Origin: a virus
Taxonomy: Duplodnaviria; Caudoviricetes
Virus record (IMG/VR): IMGVR_UViG_3300038443_002533
Span: 96,001 to 160,000 of that record
Strand: one strand, 5' to 3'
Length of the DNA: 64,000 nucleotides
Within the stretch, counting starts at the first letter, position 1, and the number at the start of each line of letters is the position of its first letter. Both the position numbers and the translations under genes were made by a program. Below, piece after piece: positions 1 through 9,273 of this stretch. The notes below the pieces were generated by a model. The model saw only the letters and a program-made list of their open reading frames with translations, was not told the DNA's origin and made no database searches.

Positions 1-2264
1 ATTGGATCGCCCTGATGGTGCAAGATGGTGTATTGCAGTTGCCCGTCCACGATCGAGAGCTTGGTGCCATCGGCGTTATACTGGTACACGTCTTGCTTGT
101 AGAACGCTTGCTGATCACTGTCCCAGGTCGCGTAGACGATCGAATCCACTACACTACGTGCCCGCGTCCAGAGCATGTCCAGTGCATCGCCAAACTTCAT
201 GGTGATTTGCTCGTGGTTGATACCGGCGATCTGGTTCGGCAGCAAGTGCTTGCCCAGGAAGCTGTCCACCGCGTTCGGCGCCCAACGGCTGCTCAGCACT
301 GCCGAGGTGGCGTACAGCAAATCGAAGGTGTTGGTCAGCGGCGTCTTGGTGATACGGCTTTCGTTGTTGTACATCGTGAACTTGGTCAAGTCCAGATTGT
401 TAACGCTGTCCACATTGAACGTCGTACTCAAGTCGAACGTATAGACCCGTTCACCCTTATCGGTCTTGCCCACCAGCGTACCGTTCACGTAGGCCCGATC
501 ACGCTCGCCATCCGGCACGAATGCCAGCTGCGCGAAGACTTGGTTATCCGGAATGGCTTTGTAGGTATCGTCCGAGCGGGTGTAGACCGTGAGTTGATAG
601 CCCGTCGCCGTGCGCGACAACACATAGCTGCTGGTACCGACCAACATCAGCGTGGTGTCGTTCTGCTTCACGAATACCTTGGACTTGGCCACGGGTGCAT
701 CCAAGTAGTACGGACGGATCTCGAAAGCGCTGTTGCTGGTATCGAGCACGTAGTGGAACGGGGTGAACAGATAACCCCCTTCGCTCACTTCTTGTGCACG
801 CTTATCCGGCGACAACGCGAGCAGACGTGCCACTTCCGTAGCCGGTACCGTCTTCACCACCCCGTTGACGATTTGATATAGCGTGTCCGGCGTGATGGTC
901 AGGCTATCGCCATTGTCTTTCACCGTGGGCAGGGTTGCCAATTGTTCAGTCGAGGTGGTCAAGGTCTCGATTGAGGCGGCCGCCGCGGTGAGCAGTTTCA
1001 CCGTGTTGGTGCCGGTGTTGGTCACTTTCACCACATCGGGCGACGGCATCTCGCGTGTGGCCAGGAACACCCGATTGGTGACGTTGTCGACATCCTTCAC
1101 CACTGAGTAACCGGCGTTTTGCATCTGCACCACCAGGCGTGCCGGGGTGATGGCTTGTTCGATCGGACCGGTGGCGTTGTTGATCACGTTCGCTTGCAGC
1201 GTCGCGAAGTCCATCTCGTTCTTACCGTCGATCACGATATCGTTCGAGTAGCCCTGCACGTTCATGTGCGGCAGTGCGGCCGAATACACGTTCGACGCTT
1301 CGTTCGAGTCGTAGGTCTTCCACGTGATCGTGATGGCGTTGCTGTTGTAGTCCGCCAGCGGCACGTTGATCGCACCTTTGGTTTGGTACAGATCGACCCG
1401 GATGCTGGAACTGAGTTGACGGGTATTGGTATAGATCTGCGGGATACGTACCGACAGATACCCATTCAAAACTTGCAACACCGCGGTGGGCTTCTTGGGA
1501 TCATACACCATCGCACTGTGGGTGGTCAGGAGTTCATCCCAGGCTTTGGTGACCGGATTCTTATGGTACACCCGAGCGTAGTAGAACTGATCGTTGATCG
1601 CCATCGCCATGTTGACGTCTTTGCCCAGGCTGACCTGCATGGTGTTCTGGGTGATCGAGAATTGCATGGTCGGGACCGAGAACTCCACGTATTCAATGGA
1701 GTTAGCGTCTTCCAAGATGCGGTACTCGATCGTATTGCTTTCCAGACTTTGCAGGGGCGAGACGATGTCGTTGTTGTAGGTGATCTGCAAGCCGTTATTC
1801 AGCAGCAAACGAATCTCGATCGGGTATTGCAGACTGAAGGTGTAGACGTCCACGCTGAAGTACGTGTTGCGCGGAATCACCAACTTCTGGTAACCAGTCT
1901 CGGGTTCATACACCATTGCGTTGATCAGTTCACTCCGATTGAAACGGAAGTTGAACGTGGCTTTGGCGGGAATCGAAAAGCGGTTGACGTAGTCCGTATC
2001 GGACATGTGCAGATACAGGTCTTCCTGGGTCTGGGCCAGGGATGGATAACGTCGACGGCATTCAGCGGCATGCTCTTGCATGAAGGCGGCGGTTTCATAC
2101 GCCCCAGCCGACAGCGTTTGCACGAAGGGTAGGGTGGCGTCGAACGCGGGTTGTTCCCCGTTGTTGGCTTCCACGATCGCTTGAATCACCGTGCGTTGCA
2201 AGCCGGTCGGATTGAAGCGGTAGAGCGCGATATTGTTGATGAGGTCTTGGCTGGCGAGGGTCAT
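1..2264 (-). CDS. Large virion structural protein, phiKZ gp87-like (baseplate-associated); 3' end runs off the window
   Basis: Not in the ORF track because it is open at the window edge. ATG at 2264-2262 follows the stop of the upstream minus-strand gene. The frame I translated reads MTLASQDLINNIALYRFNP...TILHHQGDP to base 3. Family call from synteny and recall. Confidence 0.7.
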   Translation of the reverse strand, partial: MTLASQDLINNIALYRFNPTGLQRTVIQAIVEANNGEQPAFDATLPFVQTLSAGAYETAAFMQEHAAECRRRYPSLAQTQEDLYLHMSDTDYVNRFSIPAKATFNFRFNRSELINAMVYEPETGYQKLVIPRNTYFSVDVYTFSLQYPIEIRLLLNNGLQITYNNDIVSPLQSLESNTIEYRILEDANSIEYVEFSVPTMQFSITQNTMQVSLGKDVNMAMAINDQFYYARVYHKNPVTKAWDELLTTHSAMVYDPKKPTAVLQVLNGYLSVRIPQIYTNTRQLSSSIRVDLYQTKGAINVPLADYNSNAITITWKTYDSNEASNVYSAALPHMNVQGYSNDIVIDGKNEMDFATLQANVINNATGPIEQAITPARLVVQMQNAGYSVVKDVDNVTNRVFLATREMPSPDVVKVTNTGTNTVKLLTAAAASIETLTTSTEQLATLPTVKDNGDSLTITPDTLYQIVNGVVKTVPATEVARLLALSPDKRAQEVSEGGYLFTPFHYVLDTSNSAFEIRPYYLDAPVAKSKVFVKQNDTTLMLVGTSSYVLSRTATGYQLTVYTRSDDTYKAIPDNQVFAQLAFVPDGERDRAYVNGTLVGKTDKGERVYTFDLSTTFNVDSVNNLDLTKFTMYNNESRITKTPLTNTFDLLYATSAVLSSRWAPNAVDSFLGKHLLPNQIAGINHEQITMKFGDALDMLWTRARSVVDSIVYATWDSDQQAFYKQDVYQYNADGTKLSIVDGQLQYTILHHQGDP

Positions 2265-2266
2265 GA

Positions 2267-3361
2267 TTAACCTTGCGTGGATTTAAAGCGTTGGATCACG
2301 GACGTGAGGGCGGCGTATTCTTGTTTCGGTACCCACCATTCCAACTCAAAGGTGTCCAGATTGATGCGTGGATACCCGCGGTAGTTAAAGATCGGCAGCT
2401 CGTCGATCGAAATCTTTTGATAGACTTGTTCTCGGGTGCCATCGGCCATGGCAGGATTGAACCACTGTTCGCTGCACTGATTGAATTCCCAGTACAGGAT
2501 CGGGTCATTGTACATCACCGCCGTATTGACGAAGTGCACACTGATCTGTTGCAGGCCATTGTTGAATTGACCACCGCCGGTGTCGGCTTCGTAATTGAAG
2601 ATCGCGCCATTCGGATTGGATACGGGATTGCCCCAGCCCGTTGCCGCGATGCGCAGCACGTGTTGCTTTTTGCTGTCGAGGATCAAGCGGTAGATACGGG
2701 TGTCGTAATCGACTTCGTTTTCCAGCACGCTGTCCGAGTGTGGCCACAGATCGCCGAAGTACACCCCACGTCCATAGGTCAGCCAGGTATCGAGCAGCGG
2801 CGTGATCGGATCCCCTTCGACGTTACGGAAGTTCGCAGTCAGATCGACGATCCGGTTGATCTCTTCCGTGCCATCGTAGAGCGTGAACTGTTCTTGACGG
2901 ACACCGGCTTGCGAAGTCGAGTACGGCATCGATACATCCGGCCACCCTGGCAGACTCAAGAGCAGATTACTCAAGAGCGGAATAAAGGGCATACACGGAT
3001 CGACGTACGGGCTGGTGAACTCACCGGCTTTGTTACCGACCGGATCGAGCCAGCACCGAATAATACGTTGCAGTGAGTCGTCACGTTGCGAGAGCAGGGG
3101 CGAGAGCTTACGCATGATGCGCAAGTTTTGATCGGACAAATTCATCCGCGGCCGAGTAAAAAACGTCATACCGTATTGGTCTTTATTAATTGGTATGAGG
3201 CTCGGCGCTTGTCGGTGGTTAAAACCACGGAAATTATCCCCAATGGCGGTACTCGGTAGGCCAGCGGGGGTGATACGGAAGACTTGGTCGACATCAGCAG
3301 ATGTAATCGGCGTGGCGCTGTAGGAAACGTCCCGTGAGACGTTAGAATTATCATCGGCCAT
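2267..3361 (-). CDS. Virion structural protein, phiKZ gp88-like
   Basis: 364 aa ORF divergent from the head block; contains GMTFFTRPRMNL, a motif I recall from this family; synteny. Confidence 0.65.
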   Translation of the reverse strand: MADDNSNVSRDVSYSATPITSADVDQVFRITPAGLPSTAIGDNFRGFNHRQAPSLIPINKDQYGMTFFTRPRMNLSDQNLRIMRKLSPLLSQRDDSLQRIIRCWLDPVGNKAGEFTSPYVDPCMPFIPLLSNLLLSLPGWPDVSMPYSTSQAGVRQEQFTLYDGTEEINRIVDLTANFRNVEGDPITPLLDTWLTYGRGVYFGDLWPHSDSVLENEVDYDTRIYRLILDSKKQHVLRIAATGWGNPVSNPNGAIFNYEADTGGGQFNNGLQQISVHFVNTAVMYNDPILYWEFNQCSEQWFNPAMADGTREQVYQKISIDELPIFNYRGYPRINLDTFELEWWVPKQEYAALTSVIQRFKSTQG

Positions 3362-3392
3362 TTAGAAACCCCTTGTATTAAAAGGACAAACA

Positions 3393-4553
3393 ATGTATAG
3401 CGATATCATGAATGGTGGTCTCACCGTTCTGAACCGAGCAGGTGATTTGCTGCGCCGTGGCGGTGGTAGCAATTCGCTGGTGGACTTCACCAGCGTGGGT
3501 CGGGTCGAGCCCGTTGTGCTCATCGAGCAAAATGCGCTTCACCTCGACTGCATCGGCGAAGTTCAGCAAAGTCTGCTGTCGATCTTTGCGGGCTACTACC
3601 TGCAAGCAGCATCCCTGATGAATACCATCGGCAACGTGCGGGTGCTGGAGCGCCTGGACGCCCTCAACCCGAATCGCAGCCCGGTCAATGCCGGCCTGTC
3701 GACCTGGCTGATCGCCACCGAGTCGTACGAACACGGCCTGCCATTCCCCAGCGACGACAAACTCAAGCTGTCGGTCGAGTCGGGCATGGGTAGCCTGGGT
3801 GGCGCCGTAACGCCCTCCAAAGCCCCCAACGAGATGGTGCAGAGCAAGAGCTATGGTCAACCCGGCGGCGATGTGCGCCCGGTGGCCAAAGACGTCGGCA
3901 AGACCATGGTCGAACTGGCGAATCTGTCGGTCGGCAAATCCTACGAAGTCAACATCAGCGATGGTCAGCATTCGATTCCGGTGCAGATCAACATTCGCCT
4001 GATCGCGAGCATGCTGCCCTCCCCGGACCTGATTCATATTTTAGCCACGGGCAGCGAGGACAATTCGTTCAAAGAACGCTGGCACGGCTGGAAGTCGGGT
4101 CGTCTGTCGTTCTGGAAAGACCTGGTGTTCTGCAACGATCTGATCGACAAACACCGCAAAGATCTGCTGAAGGACAAGACCGGCACGCTGTCGAACATCG
4201 ACCGTACCAACTTCAGCAACTCCCTGACCTCGGTGATCACCGGCCAACCCTCGATCGCCTCGTCGTCGAACATGGTGGTGCTCACCAAAGACAGCGCCGA
4301 CCAACTCGAACTGCAACTCGAAGGCAAGCTCAACAAGTTCGACATCCGTCAACGCATGATGAAGAAGACCTCGCTCATGATCATGGCAATCGTGGACGAA
4401 GTCGACTACAACACCGTGACGTTCTACTACCGTGACATCGCCCTGCCGACCACGGTACGGATCAAGGACCTGAAAGCCTCGAACAAGGCGAACGGTCCGG
4501 ACATCGGTGAGATCCTTAAGTCGCTGATGGGTGGCCATCCCGTCTCTTTGTAA
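3393..4553 (+). CDS. Head/inner-body protein, phiKZ gp89-like
   Basis: 386 aa; RBS AAGGA; SLVDFTSVGRVEP and SFKERWHGWKSGRLSFWKDLVFCNDLI motifs; A/S-x-E prohead-protease-type sites (ATES, SVES). Confidence 0.7.
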   Translation: MYSDIMNGGLTVLNRAGDLLRRGGGSNSLVDFTSVGRVEPVVLIEQNALHLDCIGEVQQSLLSIFAGYYLQAASLMNTIGNVRVLERLDALNPNRSPVNAGLSTWLIATESYEHGLPFPSDDKLKLSVESGMGSLGGAVTPSKAPNEMVQSKSYGQPGGDVRPVAKDVGKTMVELANLSVGKSYEVNISDGQHSIPVQINIRLIASMLPSPDLIHILATGSEDNSFKERWHGWKSGRLSFWKDLVFCNDLIDKHRKDLLKDKTGTLSNIDRTNFSNSLTSVITGQPSIASSSNMVVLTKDSADQLELQLEGKLNKFDIRQRMMKKTSLMIMAIVDEVDYNTVTFYYRDIALPTTVRIKDLKASNKANGPDIGEILKSLMGGHPVSL

Positions 4554-4573
4554 GTCATAAGGAATTTCCAAAA

Positions 4574-5485
4574 ATGAAAATCGCTGCGTTTCTCAAATCG
4601 CTGTTGCCCAACTTCGCCAAGCAGACCGTCCTGGAAGACATCCGGATCGACAAGATCATGTTGACCACGATCGTCATCCCGGCGTACGAAGATGCCATGC
4701 GCGTGTTCGGCAACCGCAAGTTCAACAACCAGTCGCTGCAAAAGGACTGGGATACGTTCCGTCGCAGTGTGCGCGGGGCGGGTGGTCCGAACACCATCGT
4801 GGCCATCGAAAAGTCGCTCAAGCCGATGATCACCACGCTGGCCCTGATCGAGAACCTGGTCGAGAAGGATTACACCGATGACATCGAAGGCGTCGGCATC
4901 ACGTACTACAAGACCGCCATCCTGCAACTGCTCGAATCGATCGGCTTCGCCCTCGACTTCGCCACCAAGTACCTGAACTATGTGTACGTGGTGGAAGCCG
5001 CGGAACTGGAAGGTGACGATGCGGCTGTGGTGGAAGAAATCGGCGCGTCGCTGGCGCCGGCTGAAGTGCGCTTCATCAACGAGCGCTTCGCTGACTTCTG
5101 CACGGTGATGGATACGCTGTCCAAGCCGACCGACAAGATCAAGGCCGACTTCGAAGAAATCCCCGACATCACCGTCACCGCCGCTGGCGATCATGCAGTC
5201 CAGAACACGATCGGCGCCGCCAAGCTCGATCCGTTCCGTCACGGCTTCGTGCCCATCGCCATGAACCCGATTTACCATGTGCGCATGAAGGTCGCGGATT
5301 ACCAGCACTACCGCTACGAACGCGCCAAGGCCGAGAAAGATGCATTGGAGCTGCGTAAGCTGCGCCTGGAGCGTCTGCAACACGGCAAAGCCGATGCGGC
5401 ACTCGACAAGCAGATCGAGTACACCCAGCGTCGCATCGAAGAGCTGTCGGCACAAATCCGTCGAGTCGAGGAACAATATGCCTGA
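4574..5485 (+). CDS. Head/inner-body protein, phiKZ gp90-like
   Basis: 303 aa with a C-terminal coiled coil; NPIYHVRMKVADYQ motif; synteny. Confidence 0.65.
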   Translation: MKIAAFLKSLLPNFAKQTVLEDIRIDKIMLTTIVIPAYEDAMRVFGNRKFNNQSLQKDWDTFRRSVRGAGGPNTIVAIEKSLKPMITTLALIENLVEKDYTDDIEGVGITYYKTAILQLLESIGFALDFATKYLNYVYVVEAAELEGDDAAVVEEIGASLAPAEVRFINERFADFCTVMDTLSKPTDKIKADFEEIPDITVTAAGDHAVQNTIGAAKLDPFRHGFVPIAMNPIYHVRMKVADYQHYRYERAKAEKDALELRKLRLERLQHGKADAALDKQIEYTQRRIEELSAQIRRVEEQYA

Positions 5486-6083
5486 TACCGCACCGGCCTA
5501 TAAAGGTTTTCGGGTGTATCCGCGCGGCTTCCTGGGCGCCAGCCTGGGTGAACAGATCAAGCCGACGGAACGCTTTGGTGCGGCGCAGCTGCGTTCTTAC
5601 CAATATCACCCGGATTGGTTCAAAGCACCGGCCACTGCTAAAGAGATCAATCAAAACATTGAAGCGCTGTGGGCCAAGCTCAACGACAGCTACGGCGCCA
5701 TGGATTCGATGGAGTTCCGTGAAAAGGTGTTGAAGGTGGCACTCAACGCCTTCGGCACCCGTGACTTCCCGCTCTGGCTGAATGTGCAATGCACGGGACC
5801 GTCCACCGGCGACCTGCATCTGCGTTTTCTGCAAGACACGCTGGAGTTCATCGAAACCGGCAAACGCCAGATGTCGCTGCACAACTGGGGCGCCATGCTC
5901 TCGCTGTCGGAAGTGACCCACAACGACACTCCCAACGAAGGCCAATTCAATTGGTTCTTCATGACCGGCGACAAGCTGGCCAAGAACCTGCAACTCGTCG
6001 ATGTGATCCAACGCTGGTGCAGCCAGCCGAACGGTTTCATCGATCTGGCGCATACCCTGCACGTATTGTTTGGTGAAGTCTAA
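5478..6083 (+). CDS. Conserved jumbo-phage protein, phiKZ gp91-like
   Basis: Start moved to ATG 5478 (MPDTAPAYKGF, RBS GAGGA), overlapping the upstream stop; synteny. Confidence 0.55.
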   Translation: MPDTAPAYKGFRVYPRGFLGASLGEQIKPTERFGAAQLRSYQYHPDWFKAPATAKEINQNIEALWAKLNDSYGAMDSMEFREKVLKVALNAFGTRDFPLWLNVQCTGPSTGDLHLRFLQDTLEFIETGKRQMSLHNWGAMLSLSEVTHNDTPNEGQFNWFFMTGDKLAKNLQLVDVIQRWCSQPNGFIDLAHTLHVLFGEV

Positions 6084-6204
6084 CCACGCTTGCGCGATTT
6101 TGCCTGCTACTTTAGAGATAGTATAGTGGCAAGGCAAACTCGTCGTGCCCTATTCCGCGCGGAATATCTCATTTTTTATTAAACCATTCGAATGGAGTAA
6201 CACC

Positions 6205-7626
6205 ATGCGTCAACATCGCAACTACGGCATCGTCACCAAACTGGCCGTCGAGAACCTGGAAGACAACGCAGTCGTGCCGGGCGAAGAGCCGGTCGCAACG
6301 CCGGTCGAAGCGGGCGCGGACAGCGTCGAAGCCGACCTGGTGGAAGTCAACGCCGACGTCGTCCAGATCGTGCAAGACGACGCCATCGTCGCCGACGCTG
6401 CCGAAGCCGTGGACGAACTGGAAGACACCGCGGTCGCCCTGGAATCGATCGCCCAAAATGGCGGCCTGGACCGCAACGGCGCGCGCGTCCTGAACATGTT
6501 CATGGTCTCGATCAACCGCCGCATGGGCTACCCGGACAACTACAAGACCATGTCGGTCGAGTCGTTCGGCGGTACCAACGACAAAGCGTCGCAGACCAAG
6601 CTGGCTGCTGAATCGATCGCCGAGAAGGCCAAAGAACTGTGGGGTAAGATCGTCGAGATGTTCCGTTCGGCCATCCAAGGCCTGGTCAACATCTGGAACC
6701 GTCTGTTCGACGGCGCCACCAAGCTGAAGGCCCGTGCCGAGAACCTGGCCAAAGCCGCTGCCGAGAACAAAGGCGAGAAGTCCGGCGACACGTTCGAAAA
6801 CCAGACGCTGGCAACCAACCTGCAACTGGGCGGCAACATCAACGTCAAGGAAGCCGCCAAGCGCATCGCACAAGAAGCGTCGGTGCTGGAAACCATCTCG
6901 AAGGCGTCGATCGCTTTCGCTGGCAAGGCTGCTTCGCTGGTCGAATCCGGCGACCTGGGCATGGTGACCCAGCTGGTCCACGACGTCGCTGGTCCGACCC
7001 AACAGGGTTTCGCCAAGGTCGCTGACGCGGCCAGCGTCGGTGTCCCGGCACCGGGCGAAGGCGTCGAGCTGTTCAAGTCGGAAGAACTGCCGGGCAACAA
7101 GGCCATCATCGCCTTCGTGCCGGGCGCTGGCGCCAACGCTGCTGCACTGGGCCAAGCCGGCTACAAGCTGGGCACGTTCGACGCATCCAAGAAGATCGCC
7201 GATGCCGCCAAGCTGCCGGTCCTGTCGACCCAAGACGTCGTCGAAGTCGCCAAGCAGATCAGCCTGGCCGCCGACTCGCTGCTGTCGTACAAGAAGTACC
7301 AGCAGGAAGCCGAAGCCGCTGCCAAGAAGGTCATCGCCCTGGCCGAGAAGAAAGCCAAGGAAACCGTCCGCGCTGAAGCCGGCGCCGATGCGAGCATGGT
7401 CGACAAGGCCAAGGCCGCTGGCAAGGCTGTCATGTCCGGTTCGGACGAGCGCGCTGTCGCCAAGGCCGCCATGTCGCTGGTGATCAACTCGGTGCCGCCG
7501 CTGGCCGCCTACGCCATCAACGCCGGTACCTCGGCACTGCAATACGGCGAGCAATCGCTCAAGCAGTATGGCAAGAAGGTGGACGAGAAGAAACCGGAAG
7601 GCGCCGCAGCTCCGGCCGCAGCCTAA
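6205..7626 (+). CDS. Internal head protein (phiKZ gp93-gp97/gp162-like family) with acidic propeptide
   Basis: Start moved to ATG 6205 (GGAG RBS). Acidic N-terminus with AVE, ALE, SVE and AAE sites, then an Ala/Lys-rich helical body; very strong codon bias. Confidence 0.75.
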   Translation: MRQHRNYGIVTKLAVENLEDNAVVPGEEPVATPVEAGADSVEADLVEVNADVVQIVQDDAIVADAAEAVDELEDTAVALESIAQNGGLDRNGARVLNMFMVSINRRMGYPDNYKTMSVESFGGTNDKASQTKLAAESIAEKAKELWGKIVEMFRSAIQGLVNIWNRLFDGATKLKARAENLAKAAAENKGEKSGDTFENQTLATNLQLGGNINVKEAAKRIAQEASVLETISKASIAFAGKAASLVESGDLGMVTQLVHDVAGPTQQGFAKVADAASVGVPAPGEGVELFKSEELPGNKAIIAFVPGAGANAAALGQAGYKLGTFDASKKIADAAKLPVLSTQDVVEVAKQISLAADSLLSYKKYQQEAEAAAKKVIALAEKKAKETVRAEAGADASMVDKAKAAGKAVMSGSDERAVAKAAMSLVINSVPPLAAYAINAGTSALQYGEQSLKQYGKKVDEKKPEGAAAPAAA

Positions 7627-7638
7627 TCGGGTCTAGGT

Positions 7639-7692
7639 AACACCCCTTCACTCTCTGGGCAACCAAGGGTGAAGGGGGTTATTTCTTTTTTT
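7639..7692 (+). terminator. Rho-independent terminator
   Basis: CCCCTTCAC...GTGAAGGGG stem followed by ATTTCTTTTTTT. Confidence 0.75.
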
Positions 7693-7726
7693 CCATCCTT
7701 TTGAACAATCCATAAAGGACAAAGAG

Positions 7727-9163
7727 ATGCGTCGTTTTCAAAAGCTGAGTGTTCCTGTCGTGACCCCGCCGGCGGTGACCCCGTCGAACGAAGGTCTCGG
7801 CACGAACCTGTCGATCGAACAGATGTCGATCGAGCAAATCCTGAAAGACCGTCACGTACCGTCGCTGGAAGAGGAAGTCGTTGATCTGCAAGAAGCCGAT
7901 GCAGCGCAAGCCCAAGCCAGCGCCGACGTGCAAGAAACCGCCCGCGTGGAAGACGTCACCGACGTCATGCTGAACGTGGCCGACACGCTCGAAACCGCCG
8001 AGACGATCACCCCGCAACAAGCCATGCTGACCGACACCGTGTCGGAAATGGCCGTGGCTGGTTCCGACGGTGATCCCGACGACGTGATCCCGACGGCGGC
8101 TGACGTGGTCGAAGAGAAAGTCGCGCTGGAATCGTTCGTCGAAGACATCCGCAAACGTGCTGCCGAGATCTGGCAACGCATCCGTGCGTTCTGCCTGGAA
8201 ATCTGGAAGACCATCAAGGAATTCTTCGCTCGCATTTTCCACGCTGCTCCGCGCCTGCTGGCGCGCGTCAAAGAACTGCGCGACATCGCTACCGAGAAGA
8301 AGAAAACCTTCGGTTCGGCCGACCCGGCACAGGCGACGGTGCTGCCGATGGCTGGCACCAACTCCATTTCCTATCCGGACTACATGGTGCACAACACCAA
8401 GGAACTGGCCAAGGGTCTGGGTGAACTGGGCAGCCTCGCCAAGTATGCGTTCGGTCCGTACCTGAAGGACTGTCGATCGATGGGCGACTATGTCGCGACC
8501 GAACTGAAGAAGTTCGATCCGAAGCATGCCGCTGATCACCTGAAGAACGTCGCCCTGAACGTGCAGAAGAACAACTTCACCAGCTGGCCGGGCAATCCCC
8601 AGACCGGTTACCTGGGTTGCTTCGACATCGATCCGGTTCGTCTGGACAAGAACAAGACGAAAGATCTGAGCTACGCGCAGATCACCGCGGCCCTGCGTAA
8701 CAGCGGCATGAAGTTGCGCCCGCGTCAAGGCCGCGCTGGCCTCATCAACACCAAGAACGAGTTTGCTACCATGACCTTCGCGGAAATGGAACAAACCCTG
8801 AGCCTGGTGGAGAGTCTGGTCAAGCAAGTCGTCGCGTTCGAAAGCTCGGCTGATGGCAAAGCTGTCGAGAAGACCCGTCAGGATCTGATCGAGGGCGGTA
8901 ACCACGCGTCGATTGAGATCGGCAAGTTCGGCGGCCAAGACCCGGCTGGCAACCAAGAGCGCATGTACGCGATGGACGTGATGAAGGCCCTGGCCAACTT
9001 CAACACCACGCTGACGCGCTGGATGACCGAGCTGACCATGCCGGTCACCAAGAAGATCTACCAGACCGCCCGCACTTCGCTGGTCCTGGTTGAGAAGTCG
9101 CTGAGCCAATACAAAACGGCTCCTGCGTCGGCTACCCCGGCGGCTGGTGGCATTGCTGCCTAA
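7727..9163 (+). CDS. Internal head protein, paralog of 6205-7626
   Basis: 478 aa; SIE, SLE and ALES sites; the ALESFVEDIRKRAAEIWQRIRAFCLEIW segment matches the paralog's AAESIAEKAKELWGKIVEMF. Confidence 0.75.
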   Translation: MRRFQKLSVPVVTPPAVTPSNEGLGTNLSIEQMSIEQILKDRHVPSLEEEVVDLQEADAAQAQASADVQETARVEDVTDVMLNVADTLETAETITPQQAMLTDTVSEMAVAGSDGDPDDVIPTAADVVEEKVALESFVEDIRKRAAEIWQRIRAFCLEIWKTIKEFFARIFHAAPRLLARVKELRDIATEKKKTFGSADPAQATVLPMAGTNSISYPDYMVHNTKELAKGLGELGSLAKYAFGPYLKDCRSMGDYVATELKKFDPKHAADHLKNVALNVQKNNFTSWPGNPQTGYLGCFDIDPVRLDKNKTKDLSYAQITAALRNSGMKLRPRQGRAGLINTKNEFATMTFAEMEQTLSLVESLVKQVVAFESSADGKAVEKTRQDLIEGGNHASIEIGKFGGQDPAGNQERMYAMDVMKALANFNTTLTRWMTELTMPVTKKIYQTARTSLVLVEKSLSQYKTAPASATPAAGGIAA

Positions 9164-9180
9164 GTCGGTTACATGAATGG

Positions 9181-9220
9181 ACTGCCCAGCCCCATCAGGG
9201 CTGGGTGGTCTATTTATGTC
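9181..9220 (+). terminator. Terminator-like hairpin followed by the TTTATGTCGTC motif
   Basis: ACTGCCCAGCCC/GGGCTGGGTGGT stem; TATG at 9215-9218. Confidence 0.6.
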
Positions 9221-9273
9221 GTCACGCGGCGAGGATGTTATGAAGCTAAAACCGTTTCCATTAGGAACCCATC

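Noticed and set aside
15-2132. Plus-strand ORFs 15-881 and 1119-2132
   Set aside because: They are antisense shadows of the real minus-strand gene 2264 to <1, which the track missed because it has no stop in the window
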